A stretch of 64,000 nt of DNA. Source: Macrostomum hystrix (Eukaryota > Animalia > Platyhelminthes). The position numbers were made by a program, and so were the translations under genes. The DNA is taken from contig CATNEN010000003.1 of the NCBI GenBank assembly GCA_950097015.1, forward strand, positions 10,230,001 through 10,294,000. The letters run 5' to 3'. Shown in pieces: positions 1 through 13,100 of this stretch (positions within the stretch are counted from its first letter, which is position 1; each line of letters begins with the position of its first letter). The notes under the pieces are model-generated. The model had not been told where the DNA came from. It saw only the letters and a list, made by a program, of their open reading frames with translations, and did not search any database.

Positions 1-629
1 AAAATACAGCTGAACAGACAAGCTTGACCTCTGTGAGCAAACATGCATGGCCTAAGTAACACCCTGTCCTAAAAACCGGTTTTCCCCAAAAAATTACAAT
101 AAATAAGCTCAAATCCGAGATGAACATTCAGACTCGGAGCAAACCCGGAGTTATTTATTGCAAGCAATCGCTGTTAAAATGAACAAAGTTTACGGGAGCC
201 ACATATCGTTGATACATTTGAGATAGGCCTCCATGTGTCCTAGGATACATCCCTAGAGGATTATTGATTGATTGATTTGAGTTATCCGTTATCTTTCGGA
301 GGTCAGGAGTCAAGAGCAACAGACAGGATCGACTAGCAACTGCCAAGAGACTAACACGCTACAAAGACTCAAGAAGTAATCGACCCAAAAATTCACGGTT
401 GACCAACAACAACAATGAGAAGCAGAACCGCACGCCCCTCTGCAATAATACTGTCCACAACTAGCCACCAAGGAAAAAGAACATGCAACAGTAAGTGTCA
501 CGTGACTTTTGTAAATTCCTCGGCCATTGTCCTCCATTGTCTAGAAGTGGAAGTTTTGTGTGTCTGATCAACACAACAAACTCTTCACACTCACAAGCCT
601 CACACATCCTCAAAATGGCATCCCCAATC

Positions 630-1590
630 ACTCACCAGCCTCCCAGATCCATCGAGTGCCTGAACAATGGCCTCCCAGATCCCATGACTGCCTCAACAAT
701 GGCCTCCCTGATCCATCGACTGCCACAACAATGGCCTCCCAGATCCACCGACTGCCTCAACAATGGCCTCCCAGATCCATCGACTGCCTCAACAATGGCC
801 TCCCAGATCCATCGACTGCCTCAACAATGGCCTCCCAGATCCATCGACTGCCTCAACAATGGCCTCCCAGATCCATCGACTGCCTCAACAATGGCCTCCC
901 AGATCCATCGACTGCCTCAACAATGGCCTCCCAGATCCATCGACTGCCTCAACAATGGCCTCCCAGATCCCTCGACTGCCTCAACAATGGCCTCCCAGAT
1001 CCCTCGACTGCCTCAACAATGGCCTCCCAGATCCCTCGACTGCCTCAACAATGGCCTCCCAGATCCATCGACTGCCTCAACAATGGCCTCCCAGATCCAT
1101 CGACTGCCTCAACAATGGCCTCCCAGATCCATCGACTGCCTCAACAATGGCCTCCCAGATCCCTCGACTGCCTCAACAATGGCCTCCCAGATCCCTCGAC
1201 TGCCTCAACAATGGCCTCCCAGATCCCTCGACTGCCTCAACAATGGCCTCCCAGATCCATCGACTGCCTCAACAATGGCCTCCCAGATCCCTTGAATGCC
1301 TCAACAATGGCCTCCCAGATCCCTCGACTGCCTCAACAATGGCCTCCCAGATCCCTCGACTGCCTCAACAATGGCCTCCCAGATCCATCGACTGCCTCAA
1401 CAATGGCCTCCCAGATCCCTTGAATGCCTCAACAATGGCCTCCCAGATCTATCGACTGCCTCAACAATGGCCTCCCAGATCCATCGACTGCCTCAACAAT
1501 GGCCTCCCAGATCCCTTAAATGCCTCAACAATGGCCTCCCAGATCCATCGACTGCCTCAACAATGGCCTCCCAGATCCATCGACTGCCAG
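630..1590. repeat. 32-bp minisatellite
   Basis: Unit CCTCAACAATGGCCTCCCAGATCCATCGACTG, ~30 copies. Confidence 0.95.
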
Positions 1591-1914
1591 CTCAGTCAGT
1601 AATCAGCTCAGTCAGTGGGTGACACCATGGCCTGGTGCCATTGAAGCTCTGATCTGATTGATTCGATCAACTTTTCTGCCTGTTTTTGTCAGTTAAGCAA
1701 CAGTTAAGAAGGCCTGCTCCGATACGAAATAAAACAGTGAGATTTCAGCTAACAGATTTCAGTATGGGAGTAATCTAGGCTTCAGGGACATTGTGTGCAA
1801 TCAGATCTGGCACTGAGCATGCGTGAATAAGGTGCAAAATGAAAATATTTGTGAAACATTTTATGCGTAACTCGTGCTGTGCTCATAGTACGAATAATCA
1901 CCAAACCATTATTG

Positions 1915-2640
1915 CCAGGCCTAAAGTTCAATGGTCACTGGCCTGAATTTTGATGGTCACTGGCCTGCATTTTGATGGTCACTGGCCTGTATTTTGATGG
2001 TCACTGGCCTGTATTTTGATGGTCACTGGCCTGTATTTTGATGGTCACTGGCCTGTATTTTGATGGTCACTGGCCTGAACTTCGATAGTCACAGGCCTGA
2101 ATTTCGATGGTCACTGGCATGACGACAAAGGACTCACTCACAAAGCACCAGCCTGAAGTTTGTTGGTCACTGGCCTGAATTTTGATTGTCACTGGACTGA
2201 GGACGTATGACTCAGAGACAAAGCTCGAGCCTGAAGTTCGATAGTCACTAGCCTGAAGTTCGATAGTCACTAGCCTGAAGTTCGATGGTCAATGGCCTGA
2301 AGTTCTGTTGTCACTGGCAGGAGGAGGCAGAACTCACTCACAAAGCACGAGCCTGAAGTTCCATAGTCACTTGTCTGAAGTTCGGTGCTCACAGGTCTGA
2401 AGGTAGATGGTTATTGACCTGAAGTTCGATAGTCACTGGCATGAAGTTCGATGGTCACTGGCTGGAGAAGGTGGGACTCACCCACAAAGCACAAGTCTAA
2501 AGTTCCATTCACTGGCCAGGGGTTCGATAATCAATAGCCAAAACCTCTATGGTCACTGGACTGAGGAGGTGTAACTCAGGGACTAAGCACGAGCCTGAAG
2601 TTCGATAGTCACTAGCCTGAAGTTCGATGGGCACAGGCCT
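1915..2640. repeat. Degenerate 23-bp tandem repeat with higher-order blocks
   Basis: Unit TGGTCACTGGCCTG(A/T)A(G/T)TT(C/T)GA, interrupted periodically by ACTCACTCACAAAGCAC-like blocks. Confidence 0.8.
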
Positions 2641-3218
2641 TAGGACTCTAATCTTCCCACAACTGTGTAATTTTTTACACTAGTGTAATCTTTCCACAAA
2701 TTTCTTGTCTTGGCACACCAGTCAGTTAATCTAATGTATTTTAGTGTAATCTTCACGCAGAGTTAGTTTAACACAAATCATCAAATCACAGATGTAACTA
2801 TGTCGCCATAAGCAATTTATCGGTTGTTTGAACAAGTATGTGACTATCAGTGTATGTATATTTGCATCACAATTGTGCCAACACTCAGAAAAGAGACAGC
2901 AAGAGGTTCACGTTCACAATCCACACGAAAAGAACTGGCGGCAGAGAGCGGCTCACAAAAAAATAAATTGATAAATACTGCTGAACACGAACTCTGCATG
3001 CTGAGTCACACTTGTACTTTAGCGCTCCACTGTGTCTGTTGGCTAGCATTAAAGTACACACAAACATGTACTAACATACTACTGATAAAAAAATAATTTT
3101 AAATCGTCAGAAGTAACGACTAGTGAGTAATTACCCTCTTTTACCCTTTTTGGCCAAAGTTAGTATTAGGTATCCGATATAGAACGAAAAATGTTTAAAC
3201 GAAAAGTTCGATGTTATT

Positions 3219-3498
3219 AGGGTTGAAGCCTAGTTGTTAGTGTCAGACTCACATCTTGAAGGTCGGGGGTTCGACTCCCGACTCCATTGGACCAAATTGT
3301 CTCCTTTAGCAAGACACTTAGCTCTGTGTTGCTTCAGTTCTCCCAGCAGAAAAATGGATACCAGCATTAGAAGGATTAATTGAGGATGGCTGTGGCGTCC
3401 CCCAGTCCATGGACTGAACAGCCGTACGCAGCCTTCAGATGCGACGCACAATAGCTGCGGCTGTGCTGTCGGCTGCCCAATCGTGGCAGGTATAATCA
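3219..3498 (+). mobile_element. tRNA-derived CORE-type SINE, copy 1
   Basis: tRNA-like head (A box TAGTTGTTAG, B box GGTTCGACTCCC), then a CORE-like TCCTTTAGCAAGACACTTA...CAGTT.CCCAGC...AAATGG segment and a tail shared with the other copies. Confidence 0.85.
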
Positions 3499-4459
3499 AG
3501 AAACAGTTAATTTCTATTTCACAGTCTCAAAGAAAAGTCAGTAAAGGTCTCTGGTATCTCGCTTGATGATACAACCCTTTTTATCTTATTTTTTGTTTTA
3601 AAGAGTACACATGAACTGTTGCATCGAGAAAAAATCGAAATATGGATAGGTCTAACTAGATTGCAAAGATTGCAAACACATACACAGACAAACAAGCAAG
3701 AAAATCAATTGGTAAAAAAATAGAGAAACAACTGCATGACTAGAAAAATAGCAAACATGCTCAACGGGATCTAAGAAATTTAGTTTTCAGAGTTTTGTAT
3801 CTCTTCCATTTGGAAATTATAAAAAAATCATCTGTTGAGATAGACAGGTAGGATCGTACATCAAAAGCTGCAAAGATTTACTTGGCAAGTGACAATTTGC
3901 TAAGTTGACATGCTACTTACAAGTAGTTGGCTAGATTAGTAGTCTGTTGTCTGTTGTTGTACTTTTGTCTTTTAGATATTAATTTTCGACAGGAAAAAGT
4001 GTTATTGTTTGGTTTTGTCTAATTCTAGAAGTAAAATTTATTGGACACAGCAGGGAGAAATAGTAACTAAATATGCTTCTAAACCGACATGTATCGACAA
4101 ATTTGATCAACGAATGTTGCTGATACAATTTAAATAACAGACGACTGGGATTACACTAACCTAAAAACATTTTACGAAGCAAGAACAGGAAGTGTAATTT
4201 TGTGATTCGAAGATTTTTAGTTGAGGATCTAAAAGTGTAGAATCAATTGGGATTACTGGGAATCGGGATCTGATTGTTGGGATTTGAGCAACCAGTGTTT
4301 AAAATTGGGATCTGGGAGTTAAGAATTGATTTTTGATAGTTAGGGATTTATTTTTGCAAATTGGTTACTGGGAGATGCAGGTTGGGGTTTAGGATGATGA
4401 CTTTGGGATTGTGAATGGGATCAGGATTTTTTTATATTTGGAAATTAGGATCAAGATTT

Positions 4460-4700
4460 CGTGATTGGGATTATAACTTCGGGATTGGGATTATAATTTC
4501 AGGATTCGGAATATAATTTCAGGATTGGATTATAACTTCGGGATTGGGATTATAACTTCGGGATTGGATTATAACTTCGGGATTGGGATTATAACTTTTG
4601 GATTTGGGTTATAGCTTCGGGATTGGGATTTTAATTTCGGGATTGGGGTTTAAACTTCGGGATCGGGATCTGAAAGTTAGGGATCACGATTTTGGGACTT
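4460..4700. repeat. 19-20-bp tandem repeat downstream of ADO
   Basis: Unit GGGATTGGGATTATAACTTC. Confidence 0.8.
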
Positions 4701-4803
4701 TAATCTGTAAATTGGGATCTTGATTTGACTCCGTCGATCCCGTTCATGCTCCATTCAAAGCTCGCACTAGAAGTACTATGCAGTTCGCGCATCGCACTAC
4801 TGC

Positions 4804-7211
4804 TCATGTGACCCTGGGTCCAGTGTACTCAACCGAGGCGCACACAAAGTCCCTCGGCTGCGGTATCTCAGCCAGGTGAACAAGGTGGCTGCGACGCTCG
4901 GGAGCCGGGTCAAACGCCGCGGCAGCGGCAGCAGCAGCAGCAGTCGCAGTGGCGTCTTCAACCTCCAGGTTGACTTCGCGGTAATAGCGACAAACCCGAC
5001 GGCCCAAATCGTGATCGTAGGGCGGCGCCAGGATTTCTAGCAGAGCGGCGCCCTCAGACAGGGCCTGTTGAGTGGATTTTGATAATTACCGCCATTACCT
5101 GACTCTAGATTAGATATTGCAGTCATGCGATGATCACTTAATTATCCCAAAACACATGAAAGACTTATTGTTATCTGTTCCATTGATAGGTACTTTAATT
5201 TGGTGCAAACACATTACTATTAGATTTTTCAAACGGAAACCAGATGCTAAAAATGCATTTTTGCTATCTTGGATTAAACTGTTTGCTCATAGTCTCAAAT
5301 AGTTTGCAAAATGCTATAATTTATAGCATTATATAGCATTATATAGCATTATAACCAACGTATATTTTGATAGTTAAGACAAACACCTATTCCTTTCGGA
5401 ATTAACGTATCTATTTAAACCTTCGTTAATCACTGTACACACCTGGCCCTTAAATAATAAACCGCATCTAACTGATCCTTTTATAATTGCCTTACTTTAT
5501 CAACTTTATTGATAACGGCCACAAGAACCTGGCCCTTTGATAATTACCGCAGTTACACCTGGCCCTTTGATAATTACCGCAATTACACCTGGCCCTTTGA
5601 TAATTACCGCAATTACACCTGGCCCTTTGATAATTACCGCAATTACACCTGGCCCTTTGATAATTACCGCAATTACACCTGGCCCTTTGATAATTACCGC
5701 AATTACACCTGGCCCTTTGATAATTACCGCAATTACACCTGGCCCTTTGATAATTGCAGGAACTACATCTACGAGTACTTAACCATTTGATAATGACGCG
5801 TAAACACCTTGCCCATCAATAATTACCTATCTACCTGATCATTTGATTATTAGCTTAGCTTATCTGCTTCATTGATAACCGGCCGCACTAGAACCTGGCC
5901 CTTAGACAACTGCCGCTAACACATGACCATTGATAATTAGCCTACCTGCATGACCCTGCCTAAACAAATGCAACAGTAGATTCTCTACCTGCAGTTCGTG
6001 GAAATTCGCCTCAGTCGGCGTGTGCACAATGGCCTGCTGTTGGCGTTGAGTGGACGCAGCTGACAGCACAGCGTCCATAGCTAGCCTGGCAGGCGTCAAG
6101 TCAGCCAGCAGGGCGTCCCTCTGCCAGCCCCTCAAAGGCGTCGGTGGCAGAGTGGCGGGTCTCTGACCAGCTGGCAGGGCGGTGTAGGCCCGACAGCGGA
6201 GGCTGCCGTGGAGCAGCTTGCAGACGCCGAACATTCCCGGATGGTCGTGCAGTGGTATCCTAGCGCCAGGCCTCAGCACGTAGATGCCCATAGATAAGAC
6301 GCCATTGTCCACAATGTGCAGATACACAACCGGAGCATGCACCCTGGACGCGTCTGTGACTAGGGCGGCATCAAGGTCAACATCTTTAGCTGTCAAATTG
6401 TGCAACTGCAGCAGCAGCTGGGTTAAGCCCTCCTGGCTTACCTGGATGTCAGATGGATTGGCGCAATTATTTTAGAATAAGGTCATTAAAATAGTTTTAT
6501 ACTATTTATAGCATCGGAAATTATCCCATTTCAGGACGTGATTTACCCCTATTTAAGTCAGTCATTACAACCCTTTCAAGTCGGTCATTATCCCTCTTCC
6601 AATCGGTTATGAGCCCTTTTAAGTCCGTCATTAAACTCAATTTTTTGTTGGTCATTACCCCAGTTTCAGCTCGGTCATTAACTGCTTTTCAGGTGAGTCA
6701 TTGCCATTTTTAGTTTAGCTGTCCATATCATTGCATAATTATATGAAAAAATTTTTAAGAATTGATTACATCTGCCCTAATTGGGTCAGATGTGCAGCCG
6801 ACAGCACAGCCGCAGCTAATGCGCGGCGCATCTGAAGGCTGCGTACAGCTGTTCAGTCCATGGACTGGGGGGGGACGCCACACCCACCTTCAATTATCCC
6901 AGCTGATGCTGGTTCCCATTTAACAGCTGGGTGAACTAAAGCAATGCAGAGTTAAGTGTCTTGCTAAAGGACACAAATTGATTCAGTGGAGTCGGGAATC
7001 AAACCCCCGACCTTCAAGTCGTGAGTCCGACGCTCTAACCACTAGGCTACAACCTCTTTCATAATTATATAATTATATCTAGTGCAGCTGTTTAAATTAC
7101 CTGGCCATTGTTATAGGGCGACTGTTGCATTGGAGGTGAGCTTTCAGCACCGATTGGACCGCCGAATAACTGGTAGGCTCGATTAGCGACACCAGCGATT
7201 CTAGAGGTCAT
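4804..7211 (-). CDS. ADO: 2-aminoethanethiol (cysteamine) dioxygenase / PCO-ADO family, 3 exons, ~274 aa
   Basis: Exons 7211-7101, 6441-5989, 5064-4804 join in frame via GT-AG (825 nt). Motifs: MTSRIAGVANRAYQLF, SMGIYVLRPGARIPLHDHPGMFGVCKLLHG, NFHELQA, LEILAPPYD, CRYY, and YTGP at the C-terminus, all typical of the ADO cupin. Confidence 0.93.
5527..5760. repeat. 30-bp minisatellite, ADO intron 2
   Basis: Unit ACACCTGGCCCTTTGATAATTACCGCAATT, with degenerate flanking copies. Confidence 0.92.
6745..7059 (-). mobile_element. CORE-type SINE, copy 2 (ADO intron 1)
   Basis: Reverse complement of copy 1; flanked by CATAATTATAT at 6734-6744 and 7060-7070 (likely target-site duplication). Confidence 0.88.
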
Positions 7212-10125
7212 GATGACCTATTAGTTTTAGTTCAGTCTGGTGGTACCTATAGCTGGAATTTTTTATACACTTTATATCTAGCATAAAATATCTTAGTAAG
7301 CATTTAAGTGGGTTGTTTTTGTTCATTTATGTTAAACACAAACACATATTAAACTGAAATTATTATCCAGCTAATAAAATATAATGTTATAGAGAAGCCT
7401 ATAAAAAATATGTCTAATTATCTTAAATTTATCAAATGGAAGAAGAAAGTATGGCTATTAATTAAACAATTTAACTTAAAATAAGTAAAAATAGCTACAT
7501 TACATTAAAAAATGACATTTCTATTCAAATGTTAAACTATATTTTGTAATGTTTTAATATGATTTTAGCTACACTCTAGTTAGCAAGTAGAAAACAAGGA
7601 CAACTGAAGTGTTGTTTATAGTCTTAAGTAGTAATTGAAAGAAAAGTTATTTAGGTGCACCAAACATACAAAAAATAATTTAAAAGCATTTTAATGCCAC
7701 AGAGAAACAAAGTTTTGAACGTGGATTTTTATTTAAATGACGAAATGTAAAAATCTCTATCTTTACACTAACCAAAATGATTCATGTAATATAGTATTTT
7801 GCCGATATAATATACCCACTGAAAAATGTTATTATTTTTATTCAATCAATTTTATTTTATTTTATTTTTTATTTCATTAATCTTAAAAGCTAAGTGTCAA
7901 TTACATTTGTATTTTTATAATTGGAACAGACATGTAGACTTCAAGTGTAAAAAAGTATATGTAAAAGATATGCAAATACAGAAGGGACTAGCAAAAATGC
8001 TATATAATAGTAAACTTTGAAAATATCTCTTGTGCTTTAAATCAAAGTTTTAACTGATAACAACTACTCAAGTCAATACAAAGTGACTATAATTTGTTCA
8101 CAGATCATAGATCTGTCACACCTGTCACACTAGATCGCAATTCAATTGTTTATCACCCTTTGTCCATCGGTATCTCAACAAAATAGTTAAATTAAAACAA
8201 ATTAAGTATCAAACCACTAGCCCTTTAATTAAATTAAAAAAGTGCAAATTTTTCAGAGTTACTAAGAAAAAAAGTACAAATTTTAGCGCTGCAAAATAAG
8301 ATAAACGTGCTATTTTGTTTATCTTAATAATTTGCACGATAACTTACATCCGTTCAGTATAAAAATGTTCAAGACTATTACTCGAAGTTCGTAATCAGTT
8401 CAGAAAAAGTACTGTATTTCACTATTCTATTTAGAAGTGAAATCGCAAAGCAGATAAACTTGAAAGGAAAAAAACATATTATTCTGCCAAGCAAGCTACT
8501 TATGGGAAAGTGTCTTCAAAATGTGTTATCTAATATTCATTGCTCTTTTTTATGCCTAACCCAACAGAATTGTAAATTGTGTCGATCACAGAATCATAAT
8601 ATCTGAATTACAAAATCAAAACCTGACTAGTACAGGTACTTAGCTGTGTAGTTGAGTTTTTTAAATAAAAAATGTAATTGAAAAAATAATTATAAATGTC
8701 ATTTGAAAAATTGCCGATTAATTTTTCTGATCTGCTAACGAATTTGTGTGCGTCAATATTTCCCAGTCAGAATGTTAAACAGCTGCTGTTCTTGAAGCTC
8801 GGGGATATCAACCCAACACTCTTGAGCATTTCAGCTGCATGTCACATGTCCTATGCTGGACTTTGCAGACTATATACTGTTGGTGACGTATTGAGACCGA
8901 TCCGAAGTACGTCATGAAGCTGCGTACGGACTATTAGAACAAACTAACAAAAACCTAAGTGAAATTTAAATTTTCCATGACGCAGTTTCGCTAGCTTTTT
9001 GTTTCTGGTGTATCGTTATGGCTGAAATTTCGATTGGAAATTATTCAGCGTCGTTTTAACATATCTTAGTTGGACTATGCTTTGAAAGGAACTAACTTTC
9101 AGCTTGATTAAGGTACAAATAAGTCAGGAAAGAGATGACACAGGGGAGAGATGAGACAGGTGTTAGACAACAGGTGTTAACAAGGGAGATCGGAATCGCT
9201 CTGACCATTCTCTGTCGAATCTCATTGACCATTCTCTGTCGAATCTCACTGACCATTCTCTGTAGATCTCAGATATAGCTTCTCAGTCTTCTCAAAATCT
9301 CAGTCTTCAACTCGACAGAGACGAGGAGCATCAAATATTTTTCGAGCGCACTAAAAACGTTGGCCTTATATTTGACTCGCCTATACGGATGCTGCAGTGA
9401 CATTTTTTCATGTCTTTCATTACTGAAGACACACAAAAAGACGCGTGCACAGAAAAAGCAGCAACATAACGGATGTCTTAGACTGAGGACCCTATAATCA
9501 AAAGGTTTATTAATAAACTAACCAACACCTTTGAGACTGCTTCACCCTTACCTACTCTTTTCTTCCCATCCCTGTCTTCCCTTCATCGTGGGGAACCTGG
9601 AGCCTCATTGGATAGTCTAAGACTAGAGAAGATTCGACTTTTCGTCCCGACTAGTTCCTACCCGCCTAAGTCGGATTGCTCGCTCGAAGTAGGTGAGGCG
9701 GGCAAGTTGTTCCGTGCTCAAGCAAAAGCTATGCTTATATTACTAACTGAGCACACAGCGCGGCATACTGAAGTAGATTTCGCTACAGAAGCCCTGATCC
9801 CCTCAATATAGATAATCCTCTTTAATCTTTCACCCATTACTTTCTTAATAATTACCGGGTCACAGGTGGGGGAAAGTAGTTGAGAATCTTAGAATCCTCA
9901 ACCCGACCAGAGGAGCTCACAAGTTGCTAATTCTCTACCCCCCTGGACTAATTTTAGCCCCAGTTGTCACGCGCCTTGAGAAGTCTTAAAAAAAGACAGC
10001 CCTGCACCCCCTGACCTGACCGTCTGAGTCGTGTTATAAGGGACTGAGTCTGTATGTACCGCCAGCCAAGCACTCCGAACTTGTTTTTCAACAGACAGAC
10101 AGTCGCATCATCGACAGCAGTCGCC

Positions 10126-13100
10126 ATGGAGACAGCGTCCAATGCCCTGCTAGACGCAGTCAATCGAGGCAAAAGTCACCTGGTCAAATTCATCTTGGAG
10201 GCCTGCGAAGGCAATGTCCGGCAGGCGACTAATTATCGAGACTTCAAAGGCAAGACGCCGCTCATGCGTGCGGTATATATTACGGTGAGTTGCTGACAGA
10301 GGATCATGGGGAATATTGCCCATCCGCCCGGTGGGATATAAAAAAACTTGGGATTTAGAAAGTAGCGATTTCTACTTAGTTAGGATTCCACTTAAGTTCG
10401 AGTTTCTATCGAGTTGGGATTTCTATCGAGTTGGGATTTTTACTGAGTTGGGATTTCTACTGAGTTGGGATTTATACTAAGTTGGGATTTCTATTGAGTT
10501 GGGATTTCTACTGAGTTGGGATTTAAATCGAGTTGGGATTTCTATCGAGTTGGGATTTCTATCGAGTTGGGATTTCTATCGAGTTTTGGATTTCTATCGA
10601 GTTGGGATTTCTATCGAGTTTTGGATTTCTATCGAGTTGGGATTTCTATCGAGTTTTGGATTTCTATCGAGTTGGGATTTAAATCGAGTTGGGATTTCTA
10701 TCGAGTTGGGATTTCTATCGAGTTGGGATTTCTATCGAGTTTTGGATTTCTATCGAGTTGGGATTTCTATCGAGTTGGGATTTCTATCGAGTTTTGGATT
10801 TCTATCGAGTTGGGATTTCTATCGAGTTGGGATTTCTATCGAGTTGGGATTTCTACTGAGTTAGGATTTAAATCGAGTTGGGATTTTAATCGAGTTTGGA
10901 TTTCTATCGAGTTGGGATTTCTATCGAGTTTGGATTTCTATCGAGTTGGTATTTCTATCGAGTTGGGATTTCTATCGAGTTGGGATTTCTATAGAGCTGG
11001 GATTTCTACAGATTCGGGATTTTTCCAAGTTGGGATTTCTTTCGCAAGCTATATTCAGAATTCAGATTCTGACTGCTAAATTATTTTTCAGTACGAAAGT
11101 TAGCTTGTTTATATTTAATTACGCAAGTGAAACATCTATTTATTATAATCTACTGTTAGCCAATCACTGCTATGCGGTAAATTTGGGAACTATCAAAGTT
11201 TAATTACTACGAAGCGCTTCACTTCTCAGAACATTCAATCTTGATATAGTGCCAAAATTCTTTGAAACGATACTACTTTAAAAGTAGTACTCTAAGCGAA
11301 GCTAGTCTAAATGAAGACAAAAGTACAAACTGTTTATGCGTGTAAATTGTTCAACATACTCCAAAACTTTTTCATAAAAAAATTCGTCCGATAAACGATT
11401 CAACGATACGAATGACTTGTGATAATGACTCATGACCAATTGAATGACAAGAATGACTCATGAACGATGGAATGACAGGAATGACTCATTGCAGATTGAA
11501 TCACAGAAATGACTGACTGGTTGAATAACAGGAATGACTCATGACCGATTGAATGACAAGAATTACGGATGACCGATTGAATGACAAGAATTGCGGATGA
11601 CCGATTGAATGACAAGAATTACGGATGACCGATTGAATGACAAGAATTGCGGATGACCGATTGAATGACAAGAATTACGGATGACCGATTGAATGACAAG
11701 AATTGCGGATGACCGATTGAATGACAAGAATTACGGATGACCGATTGAATGACAAGAATTGCGGATGACCGATTGAATGACAAGAATTACGGATGACCGA
11801 TTGAATGAAAAGAATTGCGGATGACCGATTGAATGAAAAGAATTACGGATGACCGATTGAATGACAAGAATTACGGATGACCGATTGAATGACAAGAATT
11901 ACGGATGACCGATTGAATGACAAGAATTGCGGATGACCGATTGAATGACAAGAATTACGGATGACCGATTGAATGACAAAAATTACGGATGACCGATTGA
12001 ATGACAAGAATTGCGGATGACCGATTGAATGACAAGAATGATCCATGACCGATTGAATCACAAGAATTGCGGATGACCGATTGAATGACAAGAATTACCG
12101 ATGAACGATTGAATGACAAGAATGATCCATGACCGATTGAATGACAAGAATTGCGGATGACCGATTGAATGACAAGAATTACGGATGACCGATTGAATGA
12201 CAAGAATTACGGATGACCGATTGAATGACAAGAATTGCGGATGACCGATTGAATGACAAGAATTGCGGATGACCGATTGAATGACAAAAATTACGGATGA
12301 CCGATTGAATGACAAGAATGACTCATGAACGATGGAATGACAAGAATGATCCATGACCGATTGAATGACAAGAATTGCGGATGACCGATTGAATGACAAG
12401 AATTACCGATGAACGATTGAATGACAAGAATGATCCATGACCGATTGAATAACAAGAATTGCGGATGACCGATTGAATGACAAAAATTACGGATGACCGA
12501 TTGATTGACAAGAATTGCGGATGACCGATTGAATGACAAGAATTACGGATGACCGATTGAATGAAAAGAATTACGGATGACCGATTGAATGACAAGAATT
12601 ACGGATGACCGATTGAATGACAAGAATTACGGATGACCGATTGAATGACAAGAATTACGGATGACCGATTGAATGACAAGAATTACGGATGACCGATTGA
12701 ATGACAAGAATTGCGGATGACCGATTGAATGACATGAATTGCGGATGACCGATTGAATGACAAGAATTACGGATGACCGATTAAATGACAAGAATTGCGG
12801 ATGACCGATTGAATGACAAGAATTGCGGATGACCGATTGAATGACATGAATTGCGGATGACCGATTGAATGACAAAAATTACGGATGACCGATTGATTGA
12901 CAAGAATTACGGATGACCGATTGAATGACAAGAATTGCGGATGACCGATTGAATGACAAAAATTACGGATGACCGATTGAATGACATGAATTGCGGATGA
13001 CCGATTGAATGACAAGAATTGCGGATGACCGATTGAATGACAAGAATTGCGGATGACCGATTAAATGACAAGAATGACAGAAAAAACTCAAGACCGATTG

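Noticed and set aside
480-540. Decayed zinc knuckle (DFCKFLGH)
   Set aside because: The first Cys is missing and there is no gag/pol context.
495-1622. Long ORFs in three frames
   Set aside because: Translation of a stop-free 32-bp tandem repeat.
6985-7056. tRNA-Val(CAC)-like gene on the minus strand
   Set aside because: It is the head of a dispersed SINE, followed by CORE and tail, with imperfect stems.
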